Both the position numbers and the translations under genes were made by a program. Shown piece after piece: positions 22,976 to 36,830 of a stretch of DNA of 64,000 nt. Within the stretch, counting starts at the first letter, position 1. Each line of letters opens with the position of its first letter. The DNA is from Octopus vulgaris (lineage: Eukaryota): contig OX597815.1 in NCBI GenBank assembly GCA_951406725.2, forward strand, positions 178,870,001 through 178,934,000. Reading direction: 5' to 3'. The notes below the pieces were generated by a model, which was given only the letters and a program-made list of their open reading frames with translations, was not told the DNA's origin and did no database searches.

Positions 22976-24489
22976 AGAATGAATTTTGAGTAACCGTTAA
23001 TGTAATTTACTTTCAGGTATTGATGAATTAAGTTTACTTTTAACCTCCACATTCTTGCAAACATCAAGTTGGCAGCTAACTCGCTTTGTGATCATGAGTG
23101 CACCAAACCTCACGTGTGCGTATGCACACATTTTTGCGGATGCTTGTATGAACGAGTGTACTCGCGCCATACAGCTTGACCGAGGGCGTTTATACATCCA
23201 TATTTGTTAACGATAAGGCGGCGAGCTGGCAGAATCGTTAACACACCGGGCGAAATGCTTAGCGGTATTGCGTCTGTCATTGCGTTCTGAGTTCAAATTC
23301 CGCTGAGGTCGACTTTGCCTTTTATCCTTTCGGGGTCGATAAATTAAGTACCAGTTACGCACTGGGGTTGATGTAATCGACTTAATCCATTTGTCTGTCC
23401 TTGTTTGTCCCCTCTATGTTTAGCCCCTTGTGGCAATAAAGAAACACATATTTGTTAACGGTTATTTTTAATACTTTTCTCGCTGGATTGTGTGTTCATT
23501 TCTCTTTTTGTCATCTGTGATTTTATTTTTGATCTTCTATATAAATGAAGATATTTCCTCTGTCTGATTGCTCCTCTCTCTAAAAAAACGGAAAGTTACA
23601 TTGCGGAACAGTCATTTTAACGAGTTGTATTTATTTATTTATCACCCGACGAGATACATCTGCACCACTGGATGCCCCTGAACCAGTTGTTGAGTGTCCC
23701 ACCCATACGGAATCAATGCTAGATGCATCGAAACAGCTATCGCGATTAATAATAAATTCTCTTATATTCCATCTTCCATTTGCCATATATATATATATAT
23801 ATATGGTTTAGTGTTTAGGGTGTTGCACTCATGATTGCGTAATCACTCGAGCACTACCAGTTATTCACCCCTATCATCATCCCATCCATACTATTTCCCA
23901 TCAATCAGCTCTTTCCTGTGCCTTCAGTAATCTCTTTCCCTTCCAAGATACATTTTAGGGCTGACATACTTCATCTTTAACCTCTCCCCTTTTCTGCTCC
24001 TGTTCTCAACACCCTCTCACATCTACTATTTATGCCCCCACCCACCATTCTCACCTCACTTACCTAAATATATCTCTGACCATCCCTTCCCATCTCTAAC
24101 CCCATCTGTCACTCTCCTTCCCCACTCTTATGAAATAACCTGCCTTCTCCTTCCCTCCTCATACACAGTCTATACCCTCCCTTATACCCCCCTTCTCGTA
24201 CCATGACACCCTGTCATCATTCTCTTTATCCTACTCTCAACCACCCCTTCATAATGTTGGCTAACCATGTATCTCCTCCATTATGAGGTCCCTACCTTTG
24301 TCCCATCATACTTTAGTCTTTCTGCCCTTCGAGTGATTACAGTAGCTGATTAGTTGAGTGATATAGGGATGGGTGGTAGGACGATGAGATGTGGAAGGGA
24401 ATGCTTGATGTAGGCAAATTGAAAGTAGGACCCAGCTATGTACAGCATGCATAAATACAGTACTACCTTAATTCCTCTCTAGTCTTCAC

Positions 24490-26960
24490 ATGTCCATTGC
24501 ATTCAGGTCTCATGTCTCACACTACCATGTAGTATATCTGTCTATATATAATCATGATACATTCTGCCTTTCACTTTGAGAGAGAGAGAGACACTTTTGT
24601 TACCAGAGGTAATGGCTCTCTGAACTTTCTCTACCCTATTCTCATTGTAGCAACATTACTTTCAGAATGTCCTCCTCCTCCTCCTCATCATTGTTTAACG
24701 TCCGCTTTCCATGCTAGCATGGGTTGGATGATTTTAACTGAGGGCTGGCAAACCAGATGGTTGCACCAGGCTCCAATCTTGATCTGGCAGAGTTTCTACA
24801 GCTGGATGCCCTTCCTAACGCCAACCACTCTGAGAGTGTAGTGGGTGCTTTTTATGTGCCACCGGCATGGGGGCCAGTCAGGTGGTACTGGCAATGACCT
24901 CGCTTGAATCTTTTTTACACATGCCACTGACACAGGTGCCAGTAAGGCGATGCTGGTAATGATCCGCATGGAAGCCAGTTAGCCGCTCTGGCAACGATCA
25001 CGCTCGGATGGTGCTCTTAGCACCCTACTAGCACGGGGAACAAGTGCCAGTAAGGCGACACTGGTAACGATCACACTCAAATGGTGCTTTTATGTGCCAC
25101 TGGCATGGAAGCCGGTTAGCCGCTCTGTCAACAATCACGCTCGTATGGTGCTCGTGCCTGTCCTCGAATTTTAGCCTTCTAGATAATAGAAACTAATACC
25201 TCTAGGGAATCTCCTGAGCATTTCCTGTGTGTCCCTAGTGTTTATTGCTCTTGCACATCTGTCACACACACAAAGACTACTTTCTCTATCAACCTACCTG
25301 TGATTCCACTGCACCTCTTATATGGCCATAACTTACACTAAGTACATTGGATGGAATTCTTGCCTACACCTGTCGTACATTGTAGCAACATTACTTTCAG
25401 AATGTCCTGTCCTCCTCCTCCTCATCAATTGTTTAACGTCCTTGCTAGGTTCCATGCTTCAAAGTCTTTTGATTCCAGGTTTTGCTTTCACACCTGGAAT
25501 TTCTCTTCCAATTCTGATACAAATTCTGCTAAGAATGAAGTTATCAGCATATAGTAGCTCCCTAGTGCAGTCCTACTTAAATTCCTCTGTTATGGCCTGG
25601 AGGACTATGATAAATAAGAGTGGACTGAGAACTGAGCTCTGGTGAACTCCTACCTGTACACTAAATTTGTTGTTATACTTGTGGCCGACTCTCATTTTAC
25701 CGACAGTGTCCCAGTATATGGCTTGCATGGCTCTAGCAAGCCATTCATCTAGTCCTAGCTTCCTCAGAAACTGCCAGATCATGGACTGATGGACTCTATT
25801 GAAGGCTTTCTTCAGGCTGACGAATGCCAAGTACAATGGCTTTAGCTGGGTACTTCTCTTGCAGTTGTCTTACTAGAAATATGGCATCAGTAGCATTTCG
25901 CCCTGGCACAAAACCAGATTACATCTCATCTTGGCTAATTCTGTTCCTAATTAATTGAGCTATAAATTTCTGTAAATTTCTTGAGCTGGTCCAGCAATTT
26001 GATACTTCTGTGATTACTTTTGTCTTGCACATCTGTCACACACACAAAGACTAACTTTCTCTATCAACCTCATTGGGTATGACACCTCTCTGTACAACCT
26101 AATTGGCTATACAGGTGACAAGGCTGTATCTTACTCCGACAGATATTTTAAGCATCTCAGCAGTGATTCCTAACGAACCAGGAGCTTTACCTGTCTGCAT
26201 ATCCTTGATTGCTTTATCTATCATCCTGGTATCAATTTGGATTACTGGTCCCGCTGTTGGATCTACACTAGAAAAACCCTCTTTCTCCCAAGTATTCGCA
26301 ATGTTTAACAGCTTTTTATAGAAACACTTCCATGCTTCATGCCGATGGCACATTAAACACACCATTCAAGCGTGATTGTTACCGCGTTGCCTTACTAGCA
26401 CTTGTGCTGGTGGCACGTGAAACATTTGAGTGAGGTCGTCGCCAGTGCCGCTGGACTGGGTCCTGTGCAGGTGGCACATAAAAACCACCATTTGGGTGTG
26501 GCCGTTACCAGTACCACCAAACTGGCCCTCGTGCCGGTGGCATGTAAAAGCACCCACACACTCTCGGAGTGGTTGGCATTAGGAAGGGCATCCAGCTGTA
26601 GAAACTCTGCCAGATCAGATTGGAGTTTGGTTTGCCAGACCTCAGTCAAATCGTCCAACCCATGCTAGCATGGAAAGCGGACGTTAAATGATGATGATGA
26701 TGATGATGATTGTCCGCACATGCTTCTCATCCACATCTCAATTCTCTCTGATGTCTTGCAATCGGAACACCCTCATTCCTCCGATTCTCATACTGTAGGA
26801 TCTCTTACTTTCTGCTTCCCACTTTGCTCTGTAAACCCGTCTCTTAGCTTCTCTTCTGGTCACCTGATACAATTCTCTGCTGCCATCATTTTTCAGTCTT
26901 TTAAGGCCTATCTTTTTGCTTTTATTGCTCAGTTTACCCCAGTTCTTTCTCTCTTGGGAG
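24490..26960 (-). mobile_element. Fragmented, rearranged RTE LINE with nested RTE 3' ends
   Basis: YLAFVSLKKAFNRV...GVHQSSVLSPLLFIIVLQAITEEFK (25573-25836) and GKAPGSLGITAEMLK (26099-26365). Confidence 0.85.
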
Positions 26961-27814
26961 CCGACTTCTATTTATGCTAGTGAGTTTCATTGGAGAGTAT
27001 TTTGAACAATGGGAACAATCAGACAAGATCTGTTACTTATCACTCGGCCCTTCACTTACATTTCCTCTGATATTGAAGCAACTTAGCAGATAAGTGACAG
27101 ATCTTAATCTGATTGTTCCCCAGTTTGCTTTGTGTAGATTGATATTATCAAATGGGTGTGGCTGGACGAGAGTTACTGGCTTTGCTCTGCTGGAAACTAA
27201 GATTGTGGAGTACCATATCGTGGTCAGAGAGAAGAGTTTATATTTTGGATGTGGCTAAAATGGTTTCTTAACATCAGGTCCAAGATATTTTTCTGTTGTC
27301 TTGTTGACTCCAGTTGGGATAAAAAAAAATTCATCCATGAAGTTAAATAGCAATTTTATTGCGACTTTGCCTGGTGTTGAGATGCTTTTAGTTACCTGGT
27401 TGCAGGGTATTTGTAGGCCAGTTGAATGAGGTTAAAACCACTCATCATGAATAAGTTCCCAGAGTTGTGCTTTTGGAGAAAGGACTTTGTTGAGGCACTC
27501 TTCAAGGCAACATAGAGGTGCTTGAGCAGGTGTATAAACACCAAAATGGTCATGTTGTTAACTTTGTTGTATAGTAACGCAGATTCACAATAGCAGGTCA
27601 GAAAATTATGTCCTTTGTATTCTAGGCAAATTAACAATGGTGTGGGTGTGTTGGGGGAATGGCTACTCTATTTCAGTCAGTGCAGTCTGTACAGGTGATG
27701 GCGAAATCTTCGATTTTTTTTCAGTTTGGCATCGGTGGGGGCATTCTTTTAGTGTGTGTATATGTATATATATATATGTATGTATGTATGTATGTGTGTG
27801 TGTATATATATATA

Positions 27815-28333
27815 CAAGGGTGAGTCAAAAAGTAATGCCATTTTGTTTAGGACAGGTATAATTACCAACACAGGAACATGTATCATACATCAAAATGAAG
27901 CTGGTCCTCTGTGGATCACATCCCTACTTCTCAACATAGTCACTGTTTCTCTCAATAGCAATGTTCCACCGTTGAATGAGAGCATGTATCCCTGCCCCAT
28001 AAAATTCTGTTGACTGTTCTTTGAACCATTTCTTCACTACAGTTTTCACTTCCTCATCACTGGAATAATGTTCGCCTTTCAAACTCTCTTTCATGGGGGC
28101 CAAAGAGATGATAGTCTAGTGACAAGGAAGTGAAAACTGTAGTGAAGAAGTGGCTCAAAGAACACTCAACAGAATTTTATGGGGCAGGGATACATGCTCT
28201 CATTCGAAGGTGGAACATTGCTATTGAGAGAAACAGTGACTATGTTAAGAAGTAGGGATGTATGATACATGTTTCTGTGTTGGTAATTATACCTGTCCTA
28301 AACAAAATGGCATTACTTTTTGACTCACCCTCG
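27815..28333. mobile_element. Palindromic mariner derivative built from two inverted 3' ends
   Basis: TIR C(G/A)AGGGTGAGTCAAAAAGTAATGCC at both ends. The right arm encodes SDKEVKTVVKKWLKEHSTEFYGAGIHALIRRWNIAIERNSDYVKK*, a mariner transposase C-terminus, and the left arm carries its reverse complement. Confidence 0.88.
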
Positions 28334-28337
28334 TGTG

Positions 28338-28384
<47 letters not shown>

Positions 28385-28802
28385 GCACGCGTGCACACAC
28401 ACATATATATGCCAATTTCATATATCTGAAAAAGTTGAGAGGTTATGTGTCTACAGCCATTTGAGTCTGACAAGTTGCCTGTACCACTAAACACTTTTCA
28501 GGTGTGAAACCAATGGTCACTCTCTGACCAGCCATAACGGTCAACTTCCTAAAATATGTGGCATGTAAAAAGCACCATTTAAGCGTAATTGATGCCAGTG
28601 CCGCCTGACTGGCTCCCATGTCAGTGGCACATAAAAAGCACCCACTACACTCTCAGAGTGGTTGGCGTTAGGAAGGGCATCCAGCTGTTGAAACCTTGCC
28701 AGATTAATTTGGATCCTGGTGCAGCCTCCTGGCTTGCCAGTCCTCAGTCAAACCATCTAACCCATGCCAGCATGGAAAGTGGACGTTAAACAACAATGAC
28801 GA

Positions 28803-28839
<37 letters not shown>

Positions 28840-29141
28840 TTTGGTGATGCAAATAGGAAAAATAGAATTCAAAGCATGAGTATATTATGTATTTTTACTA
28901 ATATTTAACTGAAGCAACAGAGTGACTCAAAGGTTGAGAGTTTCCAATTAGTTACTGATTGAGGAGTTGTGAATTTGTATACCAGCGATAATATTATTTC
29001 CCTGGACAGTTCTTGAATGAATTATAAAAAGAATTCCAATGTCATGGGGATAATTCATATTTTCCAAATAGTTTTCCCATTATGCCATTCAATAAGTAAC
29101 TAAATAAATAAACAAACAAATAAGGAAAAATTTGTGTGTAC

Positions 29142-29173
<32 letters not shown>

Positions 29174-29499
29174 CTGTGTGTGTGTATTTTCAGCCACACA
29201 TTCTCAATATAGGTACATTAACATACACATATGCATGTTTTGGGAAAGTGGTTAATTGTGTTGCTTTTGTTGTGGAAGGGGTGGGTGGGGAGGTAAACCA
29301 AAAGTGGAACATGCACACATATATGTATGTACAGGTATAAATGTAGATATACGCATGCACACACACACAAAACTTAGATACACATATGTGGCTGTGTGGT
29401 AAGAAGCTTGCTTCCCAACCCCATGGTTCCAGGTTCAGTCTCACTGCGTGGCACCTTGGGCAAGTGTTTTCTACTATAGCATCATTTCTCTTGAACCCA

Positions 29500-30040
29500 T
29501 AGATATAAATTCTTCAATCCACACAATGTCTAGGGTCAGCTATTCTTGCTTAGGCAATATCACTTCAAAGTGCAAATACACACCTATTCAAGCTCTGACC
29601 CACATCCCAATCTGCAACTGCCAAAATTCTGCCAACTGTCCCCTGAAAGGATATTGCTTCTCAAAGACTGTTGTCTTTAGAGCTACTCTCACGCCATCTG
29701 ATGGCATCACAAGACATTACACAGGTATGACAACCAATAACTTTAACCCTTTAGCATTTAAACCGACCATATCCGGCCAAAAGTATTCTGCCTGTTTTAT
29801 GTTCAAACTGGCCATACCTGGTCTCTCACACCAACCCTACAATGTCGTTTTAAAAATGAACAGCTACCTCATCAAAATCTTATGGCTACAAGATAATCCA
29901 TGATTAGTTCAAAACAAAGTGGATGAAAAAGCATTAATTTTGGAAGAATAATGTGAACACTAAAGGGTTAAGGCACGGTATACACAGCACATGCACTCCT
30001 TCCGGTTCAGGGATAGGGAAACTCTACCTTGCTGTCTCAC
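29500..30040 (+). pseudogene. Penelope-like element GIY-YIG endonuclease remnant, split by a TTAA MITE
   Basis: RVSYSCLGNI...CNCQNSANCPLKGYCFSKTVVFRATLT...HYTGMTTNNF, resuming after the MITE as KARYTQHMHSFR. Confidence 0.82.
29746..29967. mobile_element. TTAA-flanked MITE, family 2
   Basis: TTAA|CCCTTTAGCATT...CTAAAGGG|TTAA. Relatives at about 46010-46175, 51895-52088, 56495-56715 and 61870-62097. Confidence 0.85.
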
Positions 30041-32699
30041 TTCATCAGGGGACTCCATGATCATCAAAATGATTTTCCCAACATTAAATGGACTATTCTT
30101 GACAGGGCCTCTCCTTACATACTTGGAGCTTGCAATTGCCAACTCTTGTGGTACTGTCCCACCCATGCTAGCATGGAATACGGACATTAAGTGATGATGA
30201 TGATGATGTCTCCATGAGTGAACACACATACTACACCAAACCACAGTATTCATGAATAGAAAGAATGAACTATCTTATTGTTACTTTACAGTGGGTTTCA
30301 TGCAGTTTCTCTTCCTCCCAAATTCATTCTTAAAACATTGGTTGGCTTGGGACTACTATAGAAGACACACAATGGGGCTGCACAGTGGGACTGAACCCCG
30401 ACCTGTGTGGTTGGAAAGCAACCTTTTTCAATGCACAACTTATGGAGACCAAAATCTTAAGAGGATGCAATATGAATTAGTATAGGAAGGCAGCGAGCTG
30501 GCAGAATCATTAGCACGCTGGGCGAAATGCTTAGTGGTATTTTGTTTGTCTTTACATTCTGAGTTCAAATTTCGCCGAAGTCGAGTTTGAATTTCATCCT
30601 TTCAGAGTTGATAGATTAAGTACCAGTTGTGTACTGGGGTCAATCTAATCGACTAGCCCCCCACAAAAAAAAATTTCGAGCCTTGTGCCTAGAGTAGAAA
30701 AGATTATAGTAAGGTGGTGAGCTGGCAGAAACGTTAGCATACCGGGCAAAATGCTTAGTGGTATTTCATCTGAGATGGACTTTGCCTTTCATCCTTTCAG
30801 GGTCGATAAATAAAGTACCAGTTGCATACTGGGGTCAATCTAATTAATCATCCTTTCAGGGTCGATAAATTAAGTACCAGTTGCGTACTGGGTTCAATCT
30901 AATCGACTGGCCCCCTCCCCTGAAATTTTGTGCCTTGTGCCTGGAGTATGAATTAGTATATGTAATTGTAGAGTGAACAGTTTTTTTTTACAGCTTTAGT
31001 ATTTGAAGAGAATCTCTGGTTTTGAAGCTCTTTGGAATTGGTAAATAATACAGCTAAATTATTTTGGAATATTTCTTTGGGATTGAAATGTTTAAAAGAA
31101 ATTTGACGCACAGTAGACAAAATTATTTCTCTACAAGATATAACATATTCCCTGGGGTGTTTGTTGTCACTCGAGTTGGTTGACAAAGATATAATACATT
31201 GGCTGTGTGAATAATAACTGAAGCAGACATGCAAATATTTATTGCTGGACATAAAGATATTTGTTGTTGGCTATTTACAATGAACAATATTAATAATTGT
31301 CAAATGGGAGAGAGAGAAAGAAAAAACTGGCCGGAAATTATAGAAAACTATTTGTGTCACAACATGCTGTTGGTCCAAGAAGATACCAAATCATTTGCAC
31401 AAATCTCCATGGTGACCGAGATCCACTGGTAGTCTGTGCCCTAAGCTGACGCACCAAATGGTTTTTATAGGAGATAAGAGGGTTTATTCTAGAACAATTG
31501 AGAAAACCATATCATGCCACAGCCTCACACTGATTGGTCGATTTATAGACCAATTACATGAAACTATGCTGGCTCACTTGTGATGACTGGCTGAGTGTCT
31601 AGTGGTTAGGTTTCAAATCACCGCTACAACACGAAAGTATCAGAGAAAAAGTAATCAGTGTCATTATATATTAGATTAAAACATACAAAATTCACTTCGT
31701 AGTCACTTACCACCATTGAAACATATATGTGCACTTGCCATCTTTTATCTTTTACTTGTTACAGTCATTGGACTGTGGCCATATGGAAGCACCACCTTGA
31801 AGGGTTTTAGTCAAATGAATTGACCTCAGCCCCCTTTTTTTGAAGCCTGATACTTCTGACTCTTTTTTTCTGAACTGCAAAGTTATGGGGACTCAATAAA
31901 CCAACACTGGTTGTGAAGAGTTGGGGTGGGGGCCAAGCACAAACACAGAAACATACAGACAGACACACATGGGCGCATGTGACAGACTTCTTTTAGTTTC
32001 CATCTACGAAAATCCACTCACAAGGCATTGGTTGCTCTGAAGTTACAGTAGAAGATACTTGCCCAAGGTATCACTCAGTGGGATTGAACCTGCAGCCATG
32101 TTGTTGGGAAATAAAATTCTTACCACACAACCTAACACAGGATTGGAACAAATAATAATCTGAGGGTAGTCGTTGACAAAGCGGCTAACTGACTTCCGTG
32201 CCAGTGGCACATAAAAGGGCATCATTCGAGTGTGATCGTTACCAGCATCGCCTTACTGGCACTTGCTTGTAGGGTGCCAAGAGCACCATCTGAGCGTGAT
32301 CATTGCCAGAGCAGTCAACTGGCTCCATGCTGGTGGCACGTAAAAGGACATCATTCGAGCATGATTGTTACCAACATCGCCTTACTGGCACCTGTGCTGG
32401 TGGCATGTGTAAAAAGATTTGAGCGATGTCATTGCCAGTACCACCTGACTGACCCCGTGCCAGTGGTACGTAAAAAGTACCCACTACACTCTCGGAGTGG
32501 TTGGCGTTAGGAAGGGCATCCAGCTGTAGAAACTCTGCCAAATCAAGATTGGAGCCTGGTGTGGCCGTCTGGTTCGCCAGCCCTCAGTCAAAATCGTCCA
32601 ACCCAATGCTTGCATGGAAAGCGGACATTAAACAATGATGATGATGATGAGGTGCTAGGTCTGAACTAGATGTTGGGTGTAGCATCAGTTCAATTCCAT

Positions 32700-33200
32700 C
32701 AAATTCCTGGGGTTTATTCCAGGTACCTTGAGGTCTTGTGTTGTCTTGCTATAGAAGAGCTTGCTCTCTGTTAACCAATGCCGCACAATGGCATATGTCT
32801 GCTCCAGCTGTTCAGAGTACAGGTTGGCATCAATGGTTCAACTAAACTCATAATGAATCACCCCTTCATAATTCCATCCGACGCTGCGCACCCCCTTGCA
32901 TTCGGAACCCCCCCCGCCATATTTGGCAACAGATTCCAGATGCTGGCCTTTCCTTAACCATTGCTTATGCCTGTCAGGGTTGTGGAAAACCATCTCCCTC
33001 GGATTATTATTGGTTCCATTCCATGGCTCACTTCTTGCACTTGGGATGCTTCATCAACCAAGAAGAGTTGGAACCTTGATGGACAAGAACTGGTATCAAC
33101 CTGGGAATCAAAGAATTGACTGAAAGGTCGCTTCAGGTGATACAATGTGATGGACCCTACTTTAGATGCTAGACTGCTTTTGTTGTGACTTGCTGAACCT
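32700..33200 (-). pseudogene. Degenerate mariner transposase remnant
   Basis: Minus-strand pieces VFHNPDRHKQWLRKGQ, WNYEGVIHYE, TIDANLYSEQL and QDNTRP resemble mariner DD34D catalytic-domain motifs. Confidence 0.7.
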
Positions 33201-33381
33201 CCATACTTCCTGAAATTCTCTAACACTACACCCGATATTCACCCCACTCCAAACGCATGCACACATACATGTATATCATGACTCCTACACTGTTCACTTT
33301 CCTGACATTTCTACATAATCCTATGTACTGTACATACACCTTTGATGAGTTGTAATGCATCTGAGCACTATACACAATAAT

Positions 33382-33413
<32 letters not shown>

Positions 33414-33635
33414 AAAGCAAATAATTTATCAGAAATATTGCAAAACTTTTGACTCAACACAATATGTATGTGTAGATGCTCAGGCATGGCAGAGTGGAAA
33501 GAAGTTTGCTTACCAACCACATGGTTCCTAGTTCAGTCCCACTGCATGACACCTTGGCCAAGAGTCTTCTGCTATAGCCTCAGACCAATAAAAGCCTTGT
33601 GTGTGGATTTGGTAAATGGAAATTGAAAGAAGCCC

Positions 33636-33673
<38 letters not shown>

Positions 33674-34161
33674 TTTGCTTTTGTGTTTGTGGTTGTCCCC
33701 CCCAACACTGCTTGGCGACCGGTGTTGGTGTGTTTACATCTCCGTAACTTAGCAGTTTGACAAATAGAGACTGATAGAATAAGTACCAAGCTTACAAAAA
33801 GTATGTATTAAAATTCTTCGAGGTGGTGCCCCAGCATGACCACAATGTATTGACTGAGACAAGTAAAAAAATAAAAGTTAAAAGATAGATATTTTGTGTG
33901 TCCGTGTTTATATTTGTGGTCTGTGGAAGTTTTGAGCTGTGAGTGGTATTATGTCATCCAATGATTGTCAAGAAGCATCACCATCATACAAGCAATGCTT
34001 GTTTGTCGTCTTCCATGGAAAAAACATGGCTGGCTATGGGAGATGCTGACCCTCACCCGGAAAGAGGTGAGAGTCAGCAAATAGGAAGGGCATCCAGCAG
34101 TGGAATATCTGTCCCAATGAATCCTATCCAATCCATGCAAGTATGGAAAAGTGGACATTAA

Positions 34162-34468
34162 ATGAGGGTGATGACAGTGATGATGATGATGATGATGATG
34201 ATGACAATGATGGTGATGATGATGACAACGATGATGATGACAATGACGGTGAAGATGACGATGATGGTGATGATGATGATGACATTGGTGATGTTGGTGG
34301 TGGTGATGAAGATGACGACCATGATGACAATGATGATGGTGTTGGTGGTGATGATGGAGATGATGATAGTGATGATGGTGATGATGATGGTGATGATGAT
34401 GATGAATGGTGATGATGGTGATGATGATGGGGATGATGATGATGATGACGATGATGGTGGTGATGATA
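34162..34468 (+). repeat. Expanded degenerate (GAT/GGT/GAC)n tract grown from an RTE tail
   Basis: Directly follows GGAAAAGTGGACATTAAAT, the RTE 3' terminus. Confidence 0.9.
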
Positions 34469-34576
34469 AATAGTCACTTGAGCCACATTTTTTAGCTTTA
34501 CAGCTAAACAATAAATATATTACCCATAATGCTTTGCACATAGAATTCTATTTCCCTGTTTGTACTTCTTAACCTA

Positions 34577-34852
34577 CCGAAGGGCTGGTCAAAAAGTATT
34601 GAGACTGCTGCTATGGTAACAGAGCTAAAGTATGCAGAATGAAGCCGTTTGGCACAGATTGGCCTTGAACTCTGTCATGCATGCACACGCTGAGTGATAA
34701 TGGTCTCACTCCCTCTCGTTGTTTGTAGCAGTGCTTGGAGGTAGGGTGTGATCATCTCAAAAATGAAGATTGGCTTTCAGCTGTGCTGGATCTCTTGGAT
34801 TCTGTTGAGGAAGAAAGGAACTTTTTGAAAACGGTCATAACAAATGAAGAAT
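34577..34852 (+). mobile_element. Mariner-like 5' end and transposase scrap
   Basis: AGGGCTGGTCAAAAAGT resembles the TIR; LDLLDSVEEERNFLKTVITNEE resembles the FLxRxITGDE motif. Confidence 0.55.
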
Positions 34853-36647
34853 TGCACTCAGAGCCAGGGTTGGTTTCAGCCAGGTTGGTAACGAAAGGGT
34901 TAAGAATTGTTTCTCTATTATAGATTCTTTTTTTTTTTTTACCATATTTCTATTGAGATGCTCTGTGTTTCTTTCAATTGATTTTAAATATAACAAAGAA
35001 TTTAGTAAAATAACTTAGTTACCATTCAGCTAGTGTTAGGAACATAAATTGTGACTAAGGTTTGGTGGAAGATTTTAATTCAGAACTTATGAAAATAAGA
35101 CATTTGTACTCAGAGCTAGAACCAGTTTCAGGCAGGTTTGTAATGAAAGGGTTAAGAATTGTTTCTCTATTATAGATTCTTTTTTTTACCATATTTCTAT
35201 TGAGATGCTCAGTGTTTCTTTCAATTAATTTTAAATATAAGGTTTGGTGGAAGATTTTAAAATTAAAAACTTATGAAAATAAAACATTTGTACTCCAGAG
35301 CTGGGGTTGGTTTCAGCTGGGTTGGTAATGGAATAATGAGCAAGTTGATAGGGAAAGGGTTTTGGGTGTGGCTGACAGTGTTGGGACAATAAACTTTAAG
35401 AGTGCACATGAAACAGATGCTCTAAATTACCGAAGATGGTCCCCAGAGGCAGTACATATTCCCTGTAACCTAGGTGACCTAATTTGCAGTGATGGAGGAT
35501 GTAAAAGTTTGTCTGATGTCTGTGAACTACAATGTTACATGACAGAGAGATGTGGGTCACACTTGAAGAGGGTTTGTGAAAAGTACAAAGGACCGAAGCA
35601 AACATGCTGTTCTGCATGTGCAGTGTCAGTGTACACCCATATTTACCATGAATTACCCCTTTCCCTCTTCATTATTCACCTCCTCCTTCTCATCTGATCA
35701 CCTCCTCCCTACACTCATATTTGTCTCTCACACCCTCTCCCACACACTCTCGTAACCTCTCCCACTTTGGCTGATTCTTCTGCTCCCTTACTCTCTTCTC
35801 TTCACTTTCTTGGGTTTGTCATCTTGTCATTATGTTCTGGCTCTTCATCATCACCAGATTTGTCCCTCTTTGTGTCACCACTCCAACCGCCCTCCCCCAA
35901 CATATCCATGTAAAATGTGAAGTAGCCATTAATCTGTTCCACAGCAAACCTGTCCTTAATCCTCTCATCATACCCTAACCGTTCAACATATTGTTTAACC
36001 CATTGCCTGCCATGAGCCCCATTTGGGGATCTGCTAAAAACAGTCTCACTGCCGGTTGGTCGTTGTATTTAAAGTGAATTGATTATGGACATTGCATTTG
36101 CAGAGGTGTGTTTAACAATATTTAGTAATTAAAATTTGTCATTATTTGCTCTGGTTAATTCTAGACATTTTATGTCATAAATTGTAATTTTTGAACTACA
36201 AAAAATATTGATTGACCTGAAAACGTTTTTTTTTCTTCATTTCCCATCTATATCATTCATTGATATTTCCTCCACATTCGCATTTGGTATTGTACTTTAA
36301 AAAAAAACTAAAATGTTTATTATTGCAATTGAATACAAAAGGATAAATATGCTTTTTTTTCAGCAATCCCCATTTGGAACTTTTCGAAAAAATTTATCAT
36401 AATTTCCAAAATAATTCACATATGAAGAAAATTTAAATACTATACATTATTTTAACTTTTAAGACACCTGGCGAAGCCAAAAAATACTGACAAAAAGATT
36501 TGGCATTTGATAGGTTAATGCAACCCCTCTGTCTTCTGTCCTCCTGCTCTCAAGCAAGGGGCTGTGTTTGTTATATGAGCTGTAAGACAACTTCACTTGC
36601 ACATTATTTACATTTGACGGATATTTGTCCTCATCTTGTTTGTTGTT

Positions 36648-36693
36648 AACACAACGTTTTGGCTGATATACTCTCCAGCCTTCATCAGGTGTC
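36648..36693 (-). ncRNA. Minimal type I hammerhead ribozyme motif with GAAA mutated to AAAA
   Basis: Minus strand reads GACAC CTGATGA A GGCTG-GAGAGTATAT-CAGCC AAAA CGTT GTGTT. Confidence 0.7.
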
Positions 36694-36756
36694 TTGGGGA
36701 AATTTCGAACTTGGGTTCTCATTACTAATGTATTTTTCGATATTATTATGGTATAT

Positions 36757-36830
36757 GGCATATGGCGTAGTGGCTAAGAGCATGGGCTACTAACTCCAAG
36801 ATTCTGAGTTTGATTCAAGGCAGTGACCTG
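36757..36830 (+). promoter_or_regulatory. tRNA-derived Pol III internal promoter (A and B boxes), SINE-type head
   Basis: A box TGGCGTAGTGG. B box GAGTTTGATTCA here, GAGTTCAGTTCC and GAGTTCAATTAC in the other copies. Anticodon-like loop CTACTAA. Confidence 0.7.

Noticed and set aside
34124-34541. Asp-rich, Met-rich and Ser/His-rich ORFs
   Set aside because: Trinucleotide expansion of an RTE tail, open in several frames.
35362-35697. Cys-rich ORF as an extra gasdermin exon
   Set aside because: Matches the RTE RT (GTIN...LGDLICSDGGC), and the two gasdermin exons already join without a gap.
36757-36830. Functional tRNA-Ser(ACT) gene
   Set aside because: Acceptor and anticodon stems do not pair fully, and it is embedded in a repeat family; treated as a SINE head.
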